Below are positions 46,757-56,381 of a stretch of DNA of 64,000 bases, piece after piece. Under the pieces are notes generated by a model, which saw only the letters and a list, made by a program, of their open reading frames with translations, did no database searches and was not told the origin of the DNA. Positions within the stretch are counted from its first letter, which is position 1. Each line of letters opens with the position of its first letter. The stretch spans positions 1-64,000 of the forward strand of contig JAWOID010000144.1 of assembly GCA_046484865.1 (NCBI GenBank), in the 5' to 3' direction. This stretch comes from Candidatus Krumholzibacteriia bacterium (lineage in GTDB: Bacteria > Krumholzibacteriota > Krumholzibacteriia > LZORAL124-64-63). The position numbers and the translations under genes are program-made.

Positions 46757-48474
46757 ATGAATCGTTCCCTGACGATCCGGGGGGCGCTGGTCCTCGTCGT
46801 GCTTCTGCTCTCCGTCTGGGGGCTGATCCCCACCATCCGGGCCTGGTCGATCTCCCAGGAGGAGCGGGCCACGGCGGACACCGAACGCCTGGCGGAGATC
46901 GAGGGCATCGAGGAGAAGGCCATCCGGCAGGGGCTCGACCTCCAGGGCGGCATGTATCTCGTCCTCGAGGTGGACACCGAGGGCATGTCCGGCGAGCAGG
47001 CTCGCGATGCGCTGGAGCGCGTGCGCGAGATCCTCGCCAACCGCGTCGACCAGTTCGGCGTCAGCGAGCCGGTGATCCAGACGCAGGGCACGTCGCGGAT
47101 CATCGTGCAGCTGCCCGGTCTGCAGAACCCGGAGCGCGCCAAGCAGCTCATCGGCACCACGGCGCAGCTGGAGTTCCGGATGCTGCGTTCGCCCGAGGAG
47201 ATCGCCACCGCCCTCGACAAGCTGGACGCGGCCTTCCGCGGGGCCGGCGCCGATACCGTCGCCGCCGCCACCGCCGCCGCCGACAGCGTGCTGGCCGGCG
47301 ACGTGGCGCGGGACAACACCGAGGTGGCGGTCGAGGCTGGAGAGGTCGACACCGTGACCACGCCCTTCGGCGAGTTGCCCGACGCGGTCGAGGAGGAGTT
47401 CGCCGACCTGGACGAGGAGATGCGGCGCGACCGTCCGTTCTCGTCGTACATGCTGGCCGATCCCCAGCTGGGGCTGCTGGTGAACGAGCGTCACGTGAAC
47501 CGCGTCCAGCAGATGCTCGATTCGCCCAGGGCCCGGGTGCTCCCGCGTGACGTGACGTTCCAGTTCAGCATGGAGACGCTGAGGGCTCCCGACGGCAGCG
47601 AACTGCGGCCGCTCTACCTGGTGGACGCCACGCCCGCCCTCACCGGCGACCGGCTCACCGGCGCCCAGGCGGTGCCCGATCCCGAACGTCCCGGCAATTT
47701 CCAGGTGTCGTTCACGCTCGACCGCCGGGGCGGCGCCCGGTTCGCGCGCCTCACGGGCGAGAACGTGGGCCGGCGCATGGCCATCGCCCTCGACAACCGC
47801 GTCAAGTCCGCGCCGGTGATCCAGGACCGCATTCCCGGCGGCCGCGGCGTGATCACCGGCGGGTTCAGCCTGGAGGCGGCGCAGGACCTGGCTCTGCTGC
47901 TGCGCGCCGGCGCCCTGCCCACCGACGTCCACATCGAGGAGGAACGCACGGTGGGGCCCAGCCTCGGGCGCGACTCCATCCGCCGGGGGATCTCCGCCGT
48001 CGTCTACGGCGGCATCCTGGTGATCGTCTTCGTGATCTTCTACTACCGGGTGAGCGGCCTGATCTCGGTGGTGGCGCTGGTCAGCAACATCATCATCCTG
48101 CTGGCGGTGCTGGCCCAGTTCGGACTCGTGCTCACCTTGCCGGGCATCGCCGGCATCATCCTGACCGTCGGCATGGCCGTGGACGCCAACGTCCTCATCA
48201 ACGAGCGCATCCGCGAGGAGTGCGCCGGCACAAGACGATCAAGGCGTCGGTGGAGGGCGGCTACAGCAACGCCACGCGCACGATCGTCGACGCGAACGTC
48301 ACGACGCTGATCGCGGCTGCCGTCCTGCTCTACTTCGGCACCGGTCCGGTCAAGGGTTTCGCGGTCACGCTGAGCATCGGCGTGGTCACGAGCATGTTCA
48401 CGGCGCTGGTCTTGACCCGCGTCCTCATGGAACTGATGACCCGCAAGCAGGGGCGGACGAAGGTCAGCATCTGA
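46757..48474 (+). pseudogene. secD: Protein translocase subunit SecD, frameshifted near 48220 (pseudogene or sequencing error)
   Basis: GLDLQGG, RVDQFGVSEP, LRAGALP, TVGPSLG and GMAVDANVLINERIREE in one frame; continuation RRHKTIKASVEGGY...DANVTT...FGTGPVKGFAVTL in another. Confidence 0.92.
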
Positions 48475-48549
48475 CGGCGGGCGACCAAGGTCGGCGTCCC
48501 TGCGGACGTCCTGGCGCGGCGGTGGCGGCCGCGCACGATGGGAGCGACG

Positions 48550-49470
48550 ATGGAGTTCTTCCGCAACTCGAACATCAACTTCGTGGGCGCCATGAAGTAC
48601 ACCTTCGCGGCGTCCACGGTCCTGGTCCTGCTCAGCCTGGTCACGCTGGTGGCGCACGGCGGACCGCGCATGAGCATCGACTTCACCGGCGGCTCGATGG
48701 TGCAGGTGCGCATCACGCCGCAACCCACCGTGGCCGAGATCCGCTCGGTCATGGAGCAGCACGGTTTCTCGGGCGTGCAGGTGCAGGATTTCGGCGCCGA
48801 GAACGAGTTCCTGATCATCTTTCCGGAGCTCGGCGGCGAGCTGGTGAATGCCACCCGCCCCATGATCGAAGCGCTGCGCGACGGCTTCGCGGGGGCCGAG
48901 GTGGAACTGCGGCGCGAGGAGGCGGTGGGTCCGAAGATCGGCGGTGAGCTGCAGACGGCGGCGGAGAGCTCGGTGGTGGCCGCGCTGGTCCTGATCGTGC
49001 TCTACATCACGATCCGCTTCGTCTTCCGTTACGGCGTGGCGGCGATCATCGCCATCGTCCACGACGTGATGCTCACCCTGGGGCTCTTCTCGCTGCTGAA
49101 CCTGGAGATCTCGCTCACCATCATCGCGGCGTTCCTGACGATCATCGGCTACTCGCTGAACGACACCATCGTGGTGTTCGACCGCATCCGCGAGAACATG
49201 AAGCTGCGGCGCCGCGAGTCGTACCGCGAGGTGATCAACCGGTCCATCAACGAGTGCCTCAGCCGGACCGCGCTGACCTCGCTGACCACCTTCTTCGTCA
49301 CGGCCATGCTCTACGTCCTCGGCGGCCCCGTGATTCACGACTTCGCGCTGGCCCTGTGCTTCGGGGTGATCGTGGGCACCTACTCGTCGATCTTCATCGC
49401 CAGTCCGGTGCTGGTGTTCTGGTACGAGCGCAGGATCGCCGACAAGAAGCGCATGCAGCCCTCGCTCTGA
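48550..49470 (+). CDS. secF: Protein translocase subunit SecF
   Basis: IDFTGG, VGPKIGGEL, HDV, IGYSLNDTIVVFDRIREN, LSRT, GTYSSIFIASP. Confidence 0.96.
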   Translation: MEFFRNSNINFVGAMKYTFAASTVLVLLSLVTLVAHGGPRMSIDFTGGSMVQVRITPQPTVAEIRSVMEQHGFSGVQVQDFGAENEFLIIFPELGGELVNATRPMIEALRDGFAGAEVELRREEAVGPKIGGELQTAAESSVVAALVLIVLYITIRFVFRYGVAAIIAIVHDVMLTLGLFSLLNLEISLTIIAAFLTIIGYSLNDTIVVFDRIRENMKLRRRESYREVINRSINECLSRTALTSLTTFFVTAMLYVLGGPVIHDFALALCFGVIVGTYSSIFIASPVLVFWYERRIADKKRMQPSL

Positions 49471-49743
49471 GCGGACCGGGCGCTCCCGGACACCCCGGGG
49501 CCCCCGGGGCGCCGGAACTCCGACGGCACCGACGGCCCGCCGCCACCGCGGCGGGCCGCAGTGTCTTCTGCGGGGGGCGGTGTGACTCATCCGGCGGACT
49601 CCGGACCTGCCCGATCGTCGCCGCGCTCCGTCCCGGCGGTCCTCGCGGCAGGATGGCCAGGAAACCTCGGTTCGGGGTATCATGAAGGCGCGCCGGAGGT
49701 CCTGGCGCGATGCCGCGCCGGTGGAGGTCGCGACCGGCCCGTT

Positions 49744-49758
49744 TGGCACGTCCCTTGC
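49744..49758 (+). promoter_or_regulatory. Sigma54 (-24/-12) promoter TGGCACG-TCCC-TTGC
   Basis: Exact match to TGGCACG-N4-TTGC about 40 bp upstream of ATG 49798. Confidence 0.8.
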
Positions 49759-49797
49759 CGAATGCCGGAGATCCCCAGCGCCGGAGGGCGAGACGTG

Positions 49798-50277
49798 ATG
49801 TGCGAACGAAGGGACACGGGACGGAAGGGCGCCTGGCGGGCGGCGGTGGTCGTGCTGGTGGCGGTCGCGTCGCTGGCGCCGGCGGCCGGAGCCCGCCTCG
49901 TCCTCGAACGCCACTCCCAGGCCGCCGCCACCCTCCACGCCCTCGCCGGCCACTGGCGCATCGAGGACCACGCGGCGCTGGCCGAGCTCGTGGCGTCCGA
50001 AGGCGTGCGTATCGCCATCGGCCCGGTCCCGGACCGGGAAAACCTTTACAGCCCCAGCCAGTCCTTCTACTTCTTCAAGAATCTCTTCCAGGACCTGGAG
50101 TCCGAGGCGTTCGTCGTCGAGACGCAGCAGGACGGCGACCAGGGCCGGGCCCACGCGGTGGCGCGATGGAGATTCCGCCGCTCGGGAGCCGACCGGACGG
50201 AGGAGATGAGGCTGGTGATCTCGCTCGTGCGTGGCCCCGACGGATGGGCTGTAGGCGAGATCCGGGCGTTGCGCTGA
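49798..50277 (+). CDS. Small exported protein, DUF4783-like
   Basis: Signal peptide; ENLYSPSQSFYFFKNLF resembles the DUF4783 YS.xQA...L..FF motif; NTF2-like C-terminal strands. Confidence 0.65.
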   Translation: MCERRDTGRKGAWRAAVVVLVAVASLAPAAGARLVLERHSQAAATLHALAGHWRIEDHAALAELVASEGVRIAIGPVPDRENLYSPSQSFYFFKNLFQDLESEAFVVETQQDGDQGRAHAVARWRFRRSGADRTEEMRLVISLVRGPDGWAVGEIRALR

Positions 50278-50299
50278 ACCTTCCGCGGAGGACCCCTGC

Positions 50300-53200
50300 A
50301 TGAGGCTGCCGGCGGCGCGTTCCGCCCCGGTCGTCGTGATCCTGGCCACCGCTCTGCAGGGCGGCCTGCTCTGGCTGTCCGGTCGAGGCGGCGAGCCGGC
50401 GCTCATCCTGCCCTTCCCGCTCGCTCTGGCGGCCGTGATCGCGCTGGCGGCTGCGGTCCTGCACCAGATCCGCCGCTCGGCGATCCCGCGTTTGCCCGAG
50501 CCGGCAAGTGCCGAACGCCGAGCGGGCGCCGAGGGCGGGTGGCGACTCGTCGCGCTGGCGCTCTTCTGCCTGGCCCAGGTGGTGATCGCCGTGCAGGCGG
50601 GCGGAACCTGGCGCGCCCAGGAGCAGGAAGAGAGCGCCTGGGAGGAGAAGGCGCGCGCCCGGCTCACGGCGAGGGTGGAGGAGGAGGCGGAGCGGCTCTC
50701 GGCCATGGTGGCTGCGCTCGGGGGCCTCGACCCGCCGGCGTTGCCGGCCGAGCTGCGCGCTTCGGCGCTGGTGCCCGCGATCGAACCCGGCGCCGCGTCG
50801 GCGGATGCGCCCGACGCGTTCGCGGTGGCGCAGTCCCTGGCCCGGGCGGCGCGCGGAGCGGTTCCGCTGGCGCCCGGGGCCGAACTGGACGCGGTGCTCT
50901 GGCACCGGGACGAGCGGACGGCCTGGACAGCGGGCGCCGCGCCGCTCTCCTGGGCCCCCGGCCCGCCCGGCGGGGTGACTCTCGCGACCGGACACGAAAG
51001 CGTCCACCTGCGTCGCGTGCTGCTGCTGGAGTTCGCGCCTGCCGTGGCCGGCGACGCTGGCGGCGCCTCGCCGGCGGCGGCGGATGCCGCCGGTGCGGCG
51101 GTGCCCCCGGACCTTCTCGTCGAGTTGCAGATCCGGCTGCCGGGCGTCGCGCCGGCCGCCACCGGGCCGCCGGACGCGCCGCTGACGAGAGCGCCCTCGC
51201 TGGCGGCAGACGGCGGTGAGTCCGTCCTCCAGCGGACGCTGTCCACAGCGCCCTTCGGTTCTCGGCCCCGGGTGCTCGGAGGGGCGTCCGAGGGCATGAC
51301 CGCGGTGCAGACGGTGGCCCTGGCGCCGGACGAGCGAGGCAGGCTGCTCGGCGTCAGGGTGGCCGCCTCGGTGCCGCCGCAGCGACTGCTCGCGCGAGCC
51401 GATGCCGCGATGCGCCTGGTGGTCCTGGCCGCAGCATGGGCGGTGGCGCTGGTGGCCGGCGTGGGCTGGCTGGCGGGGCTCGTGGCCGCGCTCCTGGCCG
51501 CCTGGATCGCGCGCGCGGCGCTCGCGGCCATCGACCTCTTCCACTGGGTCCAGTCGGCGGTACCGGACGCGCCGCTCGGCGGCGTGACGGGGGCGCTCGC
51601 GAGCGTCGTGGACCCCGCCTACTTCGCCACGCCCTTCGGATACGGCTGGATGGCCTCCACGGTGGACGTCTTCCTCACCGCCGTGCTGTTCGCCGCCACC
51701 GGCTGGGCGGTGCTGGATACCGCGGCGCGGAGGACCCGCGGATCGGCGGCGGTCGCGGGCCGTGCCGGACGCACCGGCGGCGCCGGCCGGGCGCTGGCCG
51801 CCGGTCTGGCGGTCGGTGTGGCGCTGGGCGGCGGATTGCTGCTGCTGCGGCTGGTCACCGGCGAGATCGTCGAGAACGCGAACCCGCGACTGGTGGGACC
51901 TCAGGTGCCGTACCGGTCGCTGACGTTCTGGATGCTGCATGCGGCGCTGCTGGCGCTCAGCGGTGCGGTGGTGGCTTCGCTGACGGCGGTCGCGGCGCTG
52001 CTGCGCCACCGGGGCGCCGGCTGGGGCCGCGGCTGGACAGCGGTCGCGGCGGCGCTCGGCGGAGCCTTGCTGGTGGCGGTTCCGGCAGCAGGTGCGGGGG
52101 GAGGGCCGGGGCCGCTGGCGGCGGTGACCGCCGGCGCGCTGGCGGCGGGAATCTGGCTGCTGTCCCGTCCGGCGCTGCACGCGCGCGGACTGGCCGGGCA
52201 GCTGGCGGTCGTCGTCCTGTTCCTCCTGACGGTGGCCTGGAACTACTCCGCCCTGCGCGAGAGCTACGGGCGCAGCGAGCGCACCTGGCTGCTGCGCAAG
52301 GCGGAGCAGGTGGTGCAGCCGCAGGAGGACTGGATCACCTTCCTGCTCCAGGACGCCTTGCGGGAAATGGCCGCCAAGGAGCAGGGTCAGCGCGTGGCCG
52401 AAGCCGCGCGCAGGTGGCAGCCGCCGGTGCCGGTCTGGCATCCATCGGCGTCCACCGCGGTCGACACCACCGGCGACGACGCTGCGACGGGAACGTCGGT
52501 GTCCGTGGTGAGCGGTGCGGAGCGCGGCGCCGCCGAAGGTGCCGAACTCTGGCGCAACGAACCGGCGTATCGACTGTGGCTGGGCTCCTCGCTCCGGGAT
52601 CTCGGGATGCCCACGCTCATCGAGGTGGACGACCCGGAGGGCATGGCCGTCAGCCTGTTCGCGGCCGGATTCCTGCGCGATTTTGGTTACGAGGTGCAGG
52701 CGCGGTCATCGTGGCAACCCCTGCCGCCGCCGGGCGGCAGCGAGCCGCCGGTTCTTGTGCAGACCGAGCGGCGGCGCTATCCGACCGGCGAGGAGGTGGT
52801 GCTGCGCGGCGAGATCCCGAGATGGGGCGTGGGGGGTTTCATCCGGGTGGAACTGCCGTTGCGCTCGCGTCGGGCCGCCACCCTGCTGGAGCAGCTGCAG
52901 GGCGTCCGTCCCGACCCCACGGTCGCCGGTTACCGGCCGCGCGCCGAGATCGATCGCCCCCTGCTGCTGGTGCACGGCGACGCGCGCGGCTGGCTCGACG
53001 CCGGCGAGGGGTTGTTTCCGGATCCCGTCTCGGACGAGGTCGTGGCCGCGCTGCAGCAGGGGCGACGCACCTGGGGCGTGGTCACCGCCGAGTCGTCCCC
53101 GTATCTCGCCACCTGGAGCGCTCTTCCGGCGGAGGCGGCCGAGCGGGAGGGCGAAGGCTTCCTGATCGGCGTGCAACAGCTCGGAGCCCTCGGGACGGCA

Positions 53201-55468
53201 CTGGACATCTCGCGCCTGGTGCTGCTGGACGCGCTGCTCGTGGCCGTGGTCCTCGGCCTGCGTGCTCTCGGCCGCTGGCGACTGCCGGCGGGCCGGCGGT
53301 GGCAGCCCAGCTTCCAGCAGCGCTTCCTGGCGGGATTCCTGGCGCTCGGACTGGTCGTGCTGGTGCTGGCGGGGGTTTTCGTCGACCGGTTGACGCGCGA
53401 CCGGGTCGCGGCCGAGGCGCGGCGGGAGACGCGGGCCGGACTGACGACCGCCCTGGGTCAGCTCCAGGGGCTGCTCGCGGAGCAGGCGCGCCTGCTGGCG
53501 GGCAGCGAGTACATCGCCGACCTCCTCGAGGGGCGGCTCGCCGGCCAGCGTCCGGTGGGCCCGTTCGCGCTGCAGCAGGGGATGGTGTTCGGCGGCGACG
53601 GTTCGCTGCTCCTGGACGAGACCCTCAGCGACCTGGACGCCGGCGAGGCGGCCGCGCTGCTCGCGGTGGCCAGAAGGGCCCCGCTGGTGGTCGTGGCGGC
53701 CGGTTCCGAATTCTACCTGGGCACGGTGATCCCGATCGATCTCGGCGGCGTGATCGCGCCGGAGGAGGAGATCCCGGGGCCCGAGCCGCTTTCCCGTGCG
53801 CCCAGCGGGGGCTTCTTCTTCTACCGGCACCGCCTGGACGGTGATCTGCTGACGGGACTGGCCCAGGTCATCCAGGGCGAGGTGGCGCTGCGACGCGACG
53901 GCGAGGTGGTGCTGGCCAGCCATCCGGCGCGGGTCTTCTCCGGCGAGGTGCCGCTGCTCGCCGCACCGGCGTCGATGCGGCGCCTGGCCGACCATCCCCT
54001 CAGCCCGCAGGTGGAGCCGGTGCCGGGCTCGGAACTGGCGTTCACCGGCGCGGCGGCGCTGCCCTCGCTGGTGCTGCCGGAGAGCGGCGATCTGAGCCAG
54101 CGCCGCCTGCCGGCGGTGCTCTCGGTGGCGTTTCCCGGGCGGCAGCGCGAGGTGATCGAGCAGCGCGAGCGCACGGTGCTCTACCTGGCCGGTCTGGCCA
54201 CCTTGATCCTGGTGGCGGCGCTGCTGCTGGTGCTGCTGCTGACGTGGGGCATCTTCGGGCCGGTGCGGGTCCTGGTCACCGCCACCCAGCGGCTCGCCGG
54301 CGGTGACTTCGACGCTCCCCTGCCCGCCGCCGGTCGCGACGAGGTGGGCCGCCTGGCGGGGGCCTTCGCACGCATGCGCGACGAGTTGCATGCGGCGCGG
54401 CAGCGGCTGGAGGCGCGGGAACGCTTCCTCTCCACGGTGCTCGAGCGGGTTCCCGTGGGTGTGCTGGTGGTGCGCGCGGAGGGCGGTCTGGCGGTGCTCA
54501 ATCCCACCGGGCAGTCCATCCTCGCCGCGTTCTATCCGGATCTGGGACCGGCCGCCGCCGCCAGCCGGCTGCTGGCGGATCACGCCGCGGCGGTTCACGC
54601 GGGCGGTGATGCCGAGTGGCACAGCGTCGGTCGTCACCGGACCTTGCGCGGCCGCGTGGCCACGCTGGCGCGGCCGGACGGACGCTCCGACGCCATGGCT
54701 GTGTTCGAGGACGTGACCGAGTTCCTGGCCACCAAGCGTCTGGCGCTCAATGCGGAGCTGGCGCGACAGGTGGCGCACGAGATCAAGAATCCGCTCACGC
54801 CCATCCAGCTGTCCGCCCAGCTCCTCGAGCAGGCCTACCGGGATCGCGCGGCCGATCTGGATGCGATCGTGGCCGACTCGGTCCGCCGCATCCTCGAGCA
54901 GGTCGAGCTGCTGCGGAGCATCGCCGGCGAGTTCAGCCTGCTCGGACGCCCGGGTGAGCTGGAGTGCGCGCCTCTGGATCTGCCGGAACTGGTGCGGCAG
55001 GTGGCGGCCAGCTATCACGCCGACGAGCGGGACGCCGCGAGCGGCGGGACGCGCGATGCGGATGCCAGGGTCCGGGTGGTCGCACGCGACATCCCGCCGG
55101 TCCTCGGTCACCGCGAATCGCTGCGCAAGGTGCTGAGCAACCTCATGCAGAACTCGCTCGACGCGCGCGGGGCGGCTGGAGGGCTGGTGGTGGAGGTCGA
55201 CTTCCGCAGCGATCCCGAGCACGTGATCATGACCTGGCGGGACAACGGGACGGGCCTGGCCGAGGACGTGGCCGACCGTCTCTTCGACCCCTATTTCTCC
55301 ACCAAGAGCAAGGGAACCGGGCTGGGGCTCGCCATCTGCCGCAACCTCGTGGACAAGATGGGCGGCGGCATCACCCTGGCCAACCGCCCCCATGCTTCCG
55401 GCGCCGTGGCCGAGATCGTCCTGAGGCGCGCCGATGCCGCGGCGGCTGCCGGGCGGGATACCCCGTAG
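50300..55468 (+). CDS. Very large (1722 aa) multi-TM sensor histidine kinase, NtrY-like (HAMP-PAS-HisKA-HATPase)
   Basis: HAMP RDEVGRLAGAFARM, H-box ARQVAHEIKNPLTPIQL, N-box NLMQNS, DNGTG, FDPYFSTKSKGTGLGL. Confidence 0.93.
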   Translation: MRLPAARSAPVVVILATALQGGLLWLSGRGGEPALILPFPLALAAVIALAAAVLHQIRRSAIPRLPEPASAERRAGAEGGWRLVALALFCLAQVVIAVQAGGTWRAQEQEESAWEEKARARLTARVEEEAERLSAMVAALGGLDPPALPAELRASALVPAIEPGAASADAPDAFAVAQSLARAARGAVPLAPGAELDAVLWHRDERTAWTAGAAPLSWAPGPPGGVTLATGHESVHLRRVLLLEFAPAVAGDAGGASPAAADAAGAAVPPDLLVELQIRLPGVAPAATGPPDAPLTRAPSLAADGGESVLQRTLSTAPFGSRPRVLGGASEGMTAVQTVALAPDERGRLLGVRVAASVPPQRLLARADAAMRLVVLAAAWAVALVAGVGWLAGLVAALLAAWIARAALAAIDLFHWVQSAVPDAPLGGVTGALASVVDPAYFATPFGYGWMASTVDVFLTAVLFAATGWAVLDTAARRTRGSAAVAGRAGRTGGAGRALAAGLAVGVALGGGLLLLRLVTGEIVENANPRLVGPQVPYRSLTFWMLHAALLALSGAVVASLTAVAALLRHRGAGWGRGWTAVAAALGGALLVAVPAAGAGGGPGPLAAVTAGALAAGIWLLSRPALHARGLAGQLAVVVLFLLTVAWNYSALRESYGRSERTWLLRKAEQVVQPQEDWITFLLQDALREMAAKEQGQRVAEAARRWQPPVPVWHPSASTAVDTTGDDAATGTSVSVVSGAERGAAEGAELWRNEPAYRLWLGSSLRDLGMPTLIEVDDPEGMAVSLFAAGFLRDFGYEVQARSSWQPLPPPGGSEPPVLVQTERRRYPTGEEVVLRGEIPRWGVGGFIRVELPLRSRRAATLLEQLQGVRPDPTVAGYRPRAEIDRPLLLVHGDARGWLDAGEGLFPDPVSDEVVAALQQGRRTWGVVTAESSPYLATWSALPAEAAEREGEGFLIGVQQLGALGTALDISRLVLLDALLVAVVLGLRALGRWRLPAGRRWQPSFQQRFLAGFLALGLVVLVLAGVFVDRLTRDRVAAEARRETRAGLTTALGQLQGLLAEQARLLAGSEYIADLLEGRLAGQRPVGPFALQQGMVFGGDGSLLLDETLSDLDAGEAAALLAVARRAPLVVVAAGSEFYLGTVIPIDLGGVIAPEEEIPGPEPLSRAPSGGFFFYRHRLDGDLLTGLAQVIQGEVALRRDGEVVLASHPARVFSGEVPLLAAPASMRRLADHPLSPQVEPVPGSELAFTGAAALPSLVLPESGDLSQRRLPAVLSVAFPGRQREVIEQRERTVLYLAGLATLILVAALLLVLLLTWGIFGPVRVLVTATQRLAGGDFDAPLPAAGRDEVGRLAGAFARMRDELHAARQRLEARERFLSTVLERVPVGVLVVRAEGGLAVLNPTGQSILAAFYPDLGPAAAASRLLADHAAAVHAGGDAEWHSVGRHRTLRGRVATLARPDGRSDAMAVFEDVTEFLATKRLALNAELARQVAHEIKNPLTPIQLSAQLLEQAYRDRAADLDAIVADSVRRILEQVELLRSIAGEFSLLGRPGELECAPLDLPELVRQVAASYHADERDAASGGTRDADARVRVVARDIPPVLGHRESLRKVLSNLMQNSLDARGAAGGLVVEVDFRSDPEHVIMTWRDNGTGLAEDVADRLFDPYFSTKSKGTGLGLAICRNLVDKMGGGITLANRPHASGAVAEIVLRRADAAAAAGRDTP

Positions 55469-55564
55469 CCGGATCGGGCCTGGCTGGCGCGACCGGGAAT
55501 CTCGCCGTTGGTTCGGTGTAGAACGACGACGATCCACCGCACAGACCCCCGGGGGAGGATCCGC

Positions 55565-56347
55565 GTGTCGGACCATTCCGTCACCATGGGCAGAGCAATT
55601 CCGAGGTCCTGCACCGCGGCGGCACTCTCCGGGCCGCCGGGAGCGCGGTTCTCGACCCGCTGGCGGCTGCTGCTCGTTGCGGCGCTGGCCGCGATCGCGG
55701 TCGCCACCGCAGCCTCGGCAGCCTCGGCGCGCCCTCCGGCGGGAGCCGCCCAGCCGGAGATCCGCATCGCGCGCCTGCACTACGGCGGCGGCGGCGACTG
55801 GTACTGCGATCCCAGCAGCCTGCCGAACTGGATGGCGGAATTCACGCGGCGCACCGGCGTGCCGACGGCCGCCACCGAGGCGGTGGTCACGCTCGACAGC
55901 GAGGATCTGTACCGGTATCCGCTGCTGTACGTGTCGGGTCACGGCCGGATCGCCCTCGCCGATGCCGAGCTGGCGGTGCTGCGCCGCTATCTGGAGGCGG
56001 GCGGCTTCCTCTACGCCGACGACAACTACGGCATGGACGAGAGCTTCCGGGCCATGGTCGCGCAGCTCTATCCCGAGAGCGAGCTGGCGCCGATCGGCAG
56101 CGCGCATCCGATCTACCGCAGCTTCTACGACCTGGAAGGCCTGCCGAAGATCCACGAACACGATGGCGAGCCCGCCCAGGGGTTCGGGATCGTGCGCGAG
56201 CGACGGGTGGTGGTGTTCTACAGCTACTCCAGCGACATCGGCGACGGGCTGGAGGATCCCGACGTGCACGGCGACCCGCCGGCGGCCCGCGAGGCTGCGG
56301 CGCGCATGGCGGTGAATATACTGATGTATGCCCTGAACCGGCCGTGA
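55565..56347 (+). CDS. DUF4159 domain exported protein
   Basis: IARLHYGGGGDWY, YPLLYVSGHG, YLEAGGFLYADDNYGMD, HPIY, GLPKIHEHDG, DIGDGLED, MAVNILMYAL; start uncertain (55565 or 55586). Confidence 0.92.
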   Translation: MSDHSVTMGRAIPRSCTAAALSGPPGARFSTRWRLLLVAALAAIAVATAASAASARPPAGAAQPEIRIARLHYGGGGDWYCDPSSLPNWMAEFTRRTGVPTAATEAVVTLDSEDLYRYPLLYVSGHGRIALADAELAVLRRYLEAGGFLYADDNYGMDESFRAMVAQLYPESELAPIGSAHPIYRSFYDLEGLPKIHEHDGEPAQGFGIVRERRVVVFYSYSSDIGDGLEDPDVHGDPPAAREAAARMAVNILMYALNRP

Positions 56348-56381
56348 CGCGCCGCTGCGCACGACGCCCGAGGAGCACAGG

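Noticed and set aside
48205..48240. Programmed ribosomal frameshift in secD
   Set aside because: No slippery sequence or evident stimulatory structure, and none is known for secD; a simple 1-bp deletion explains it.
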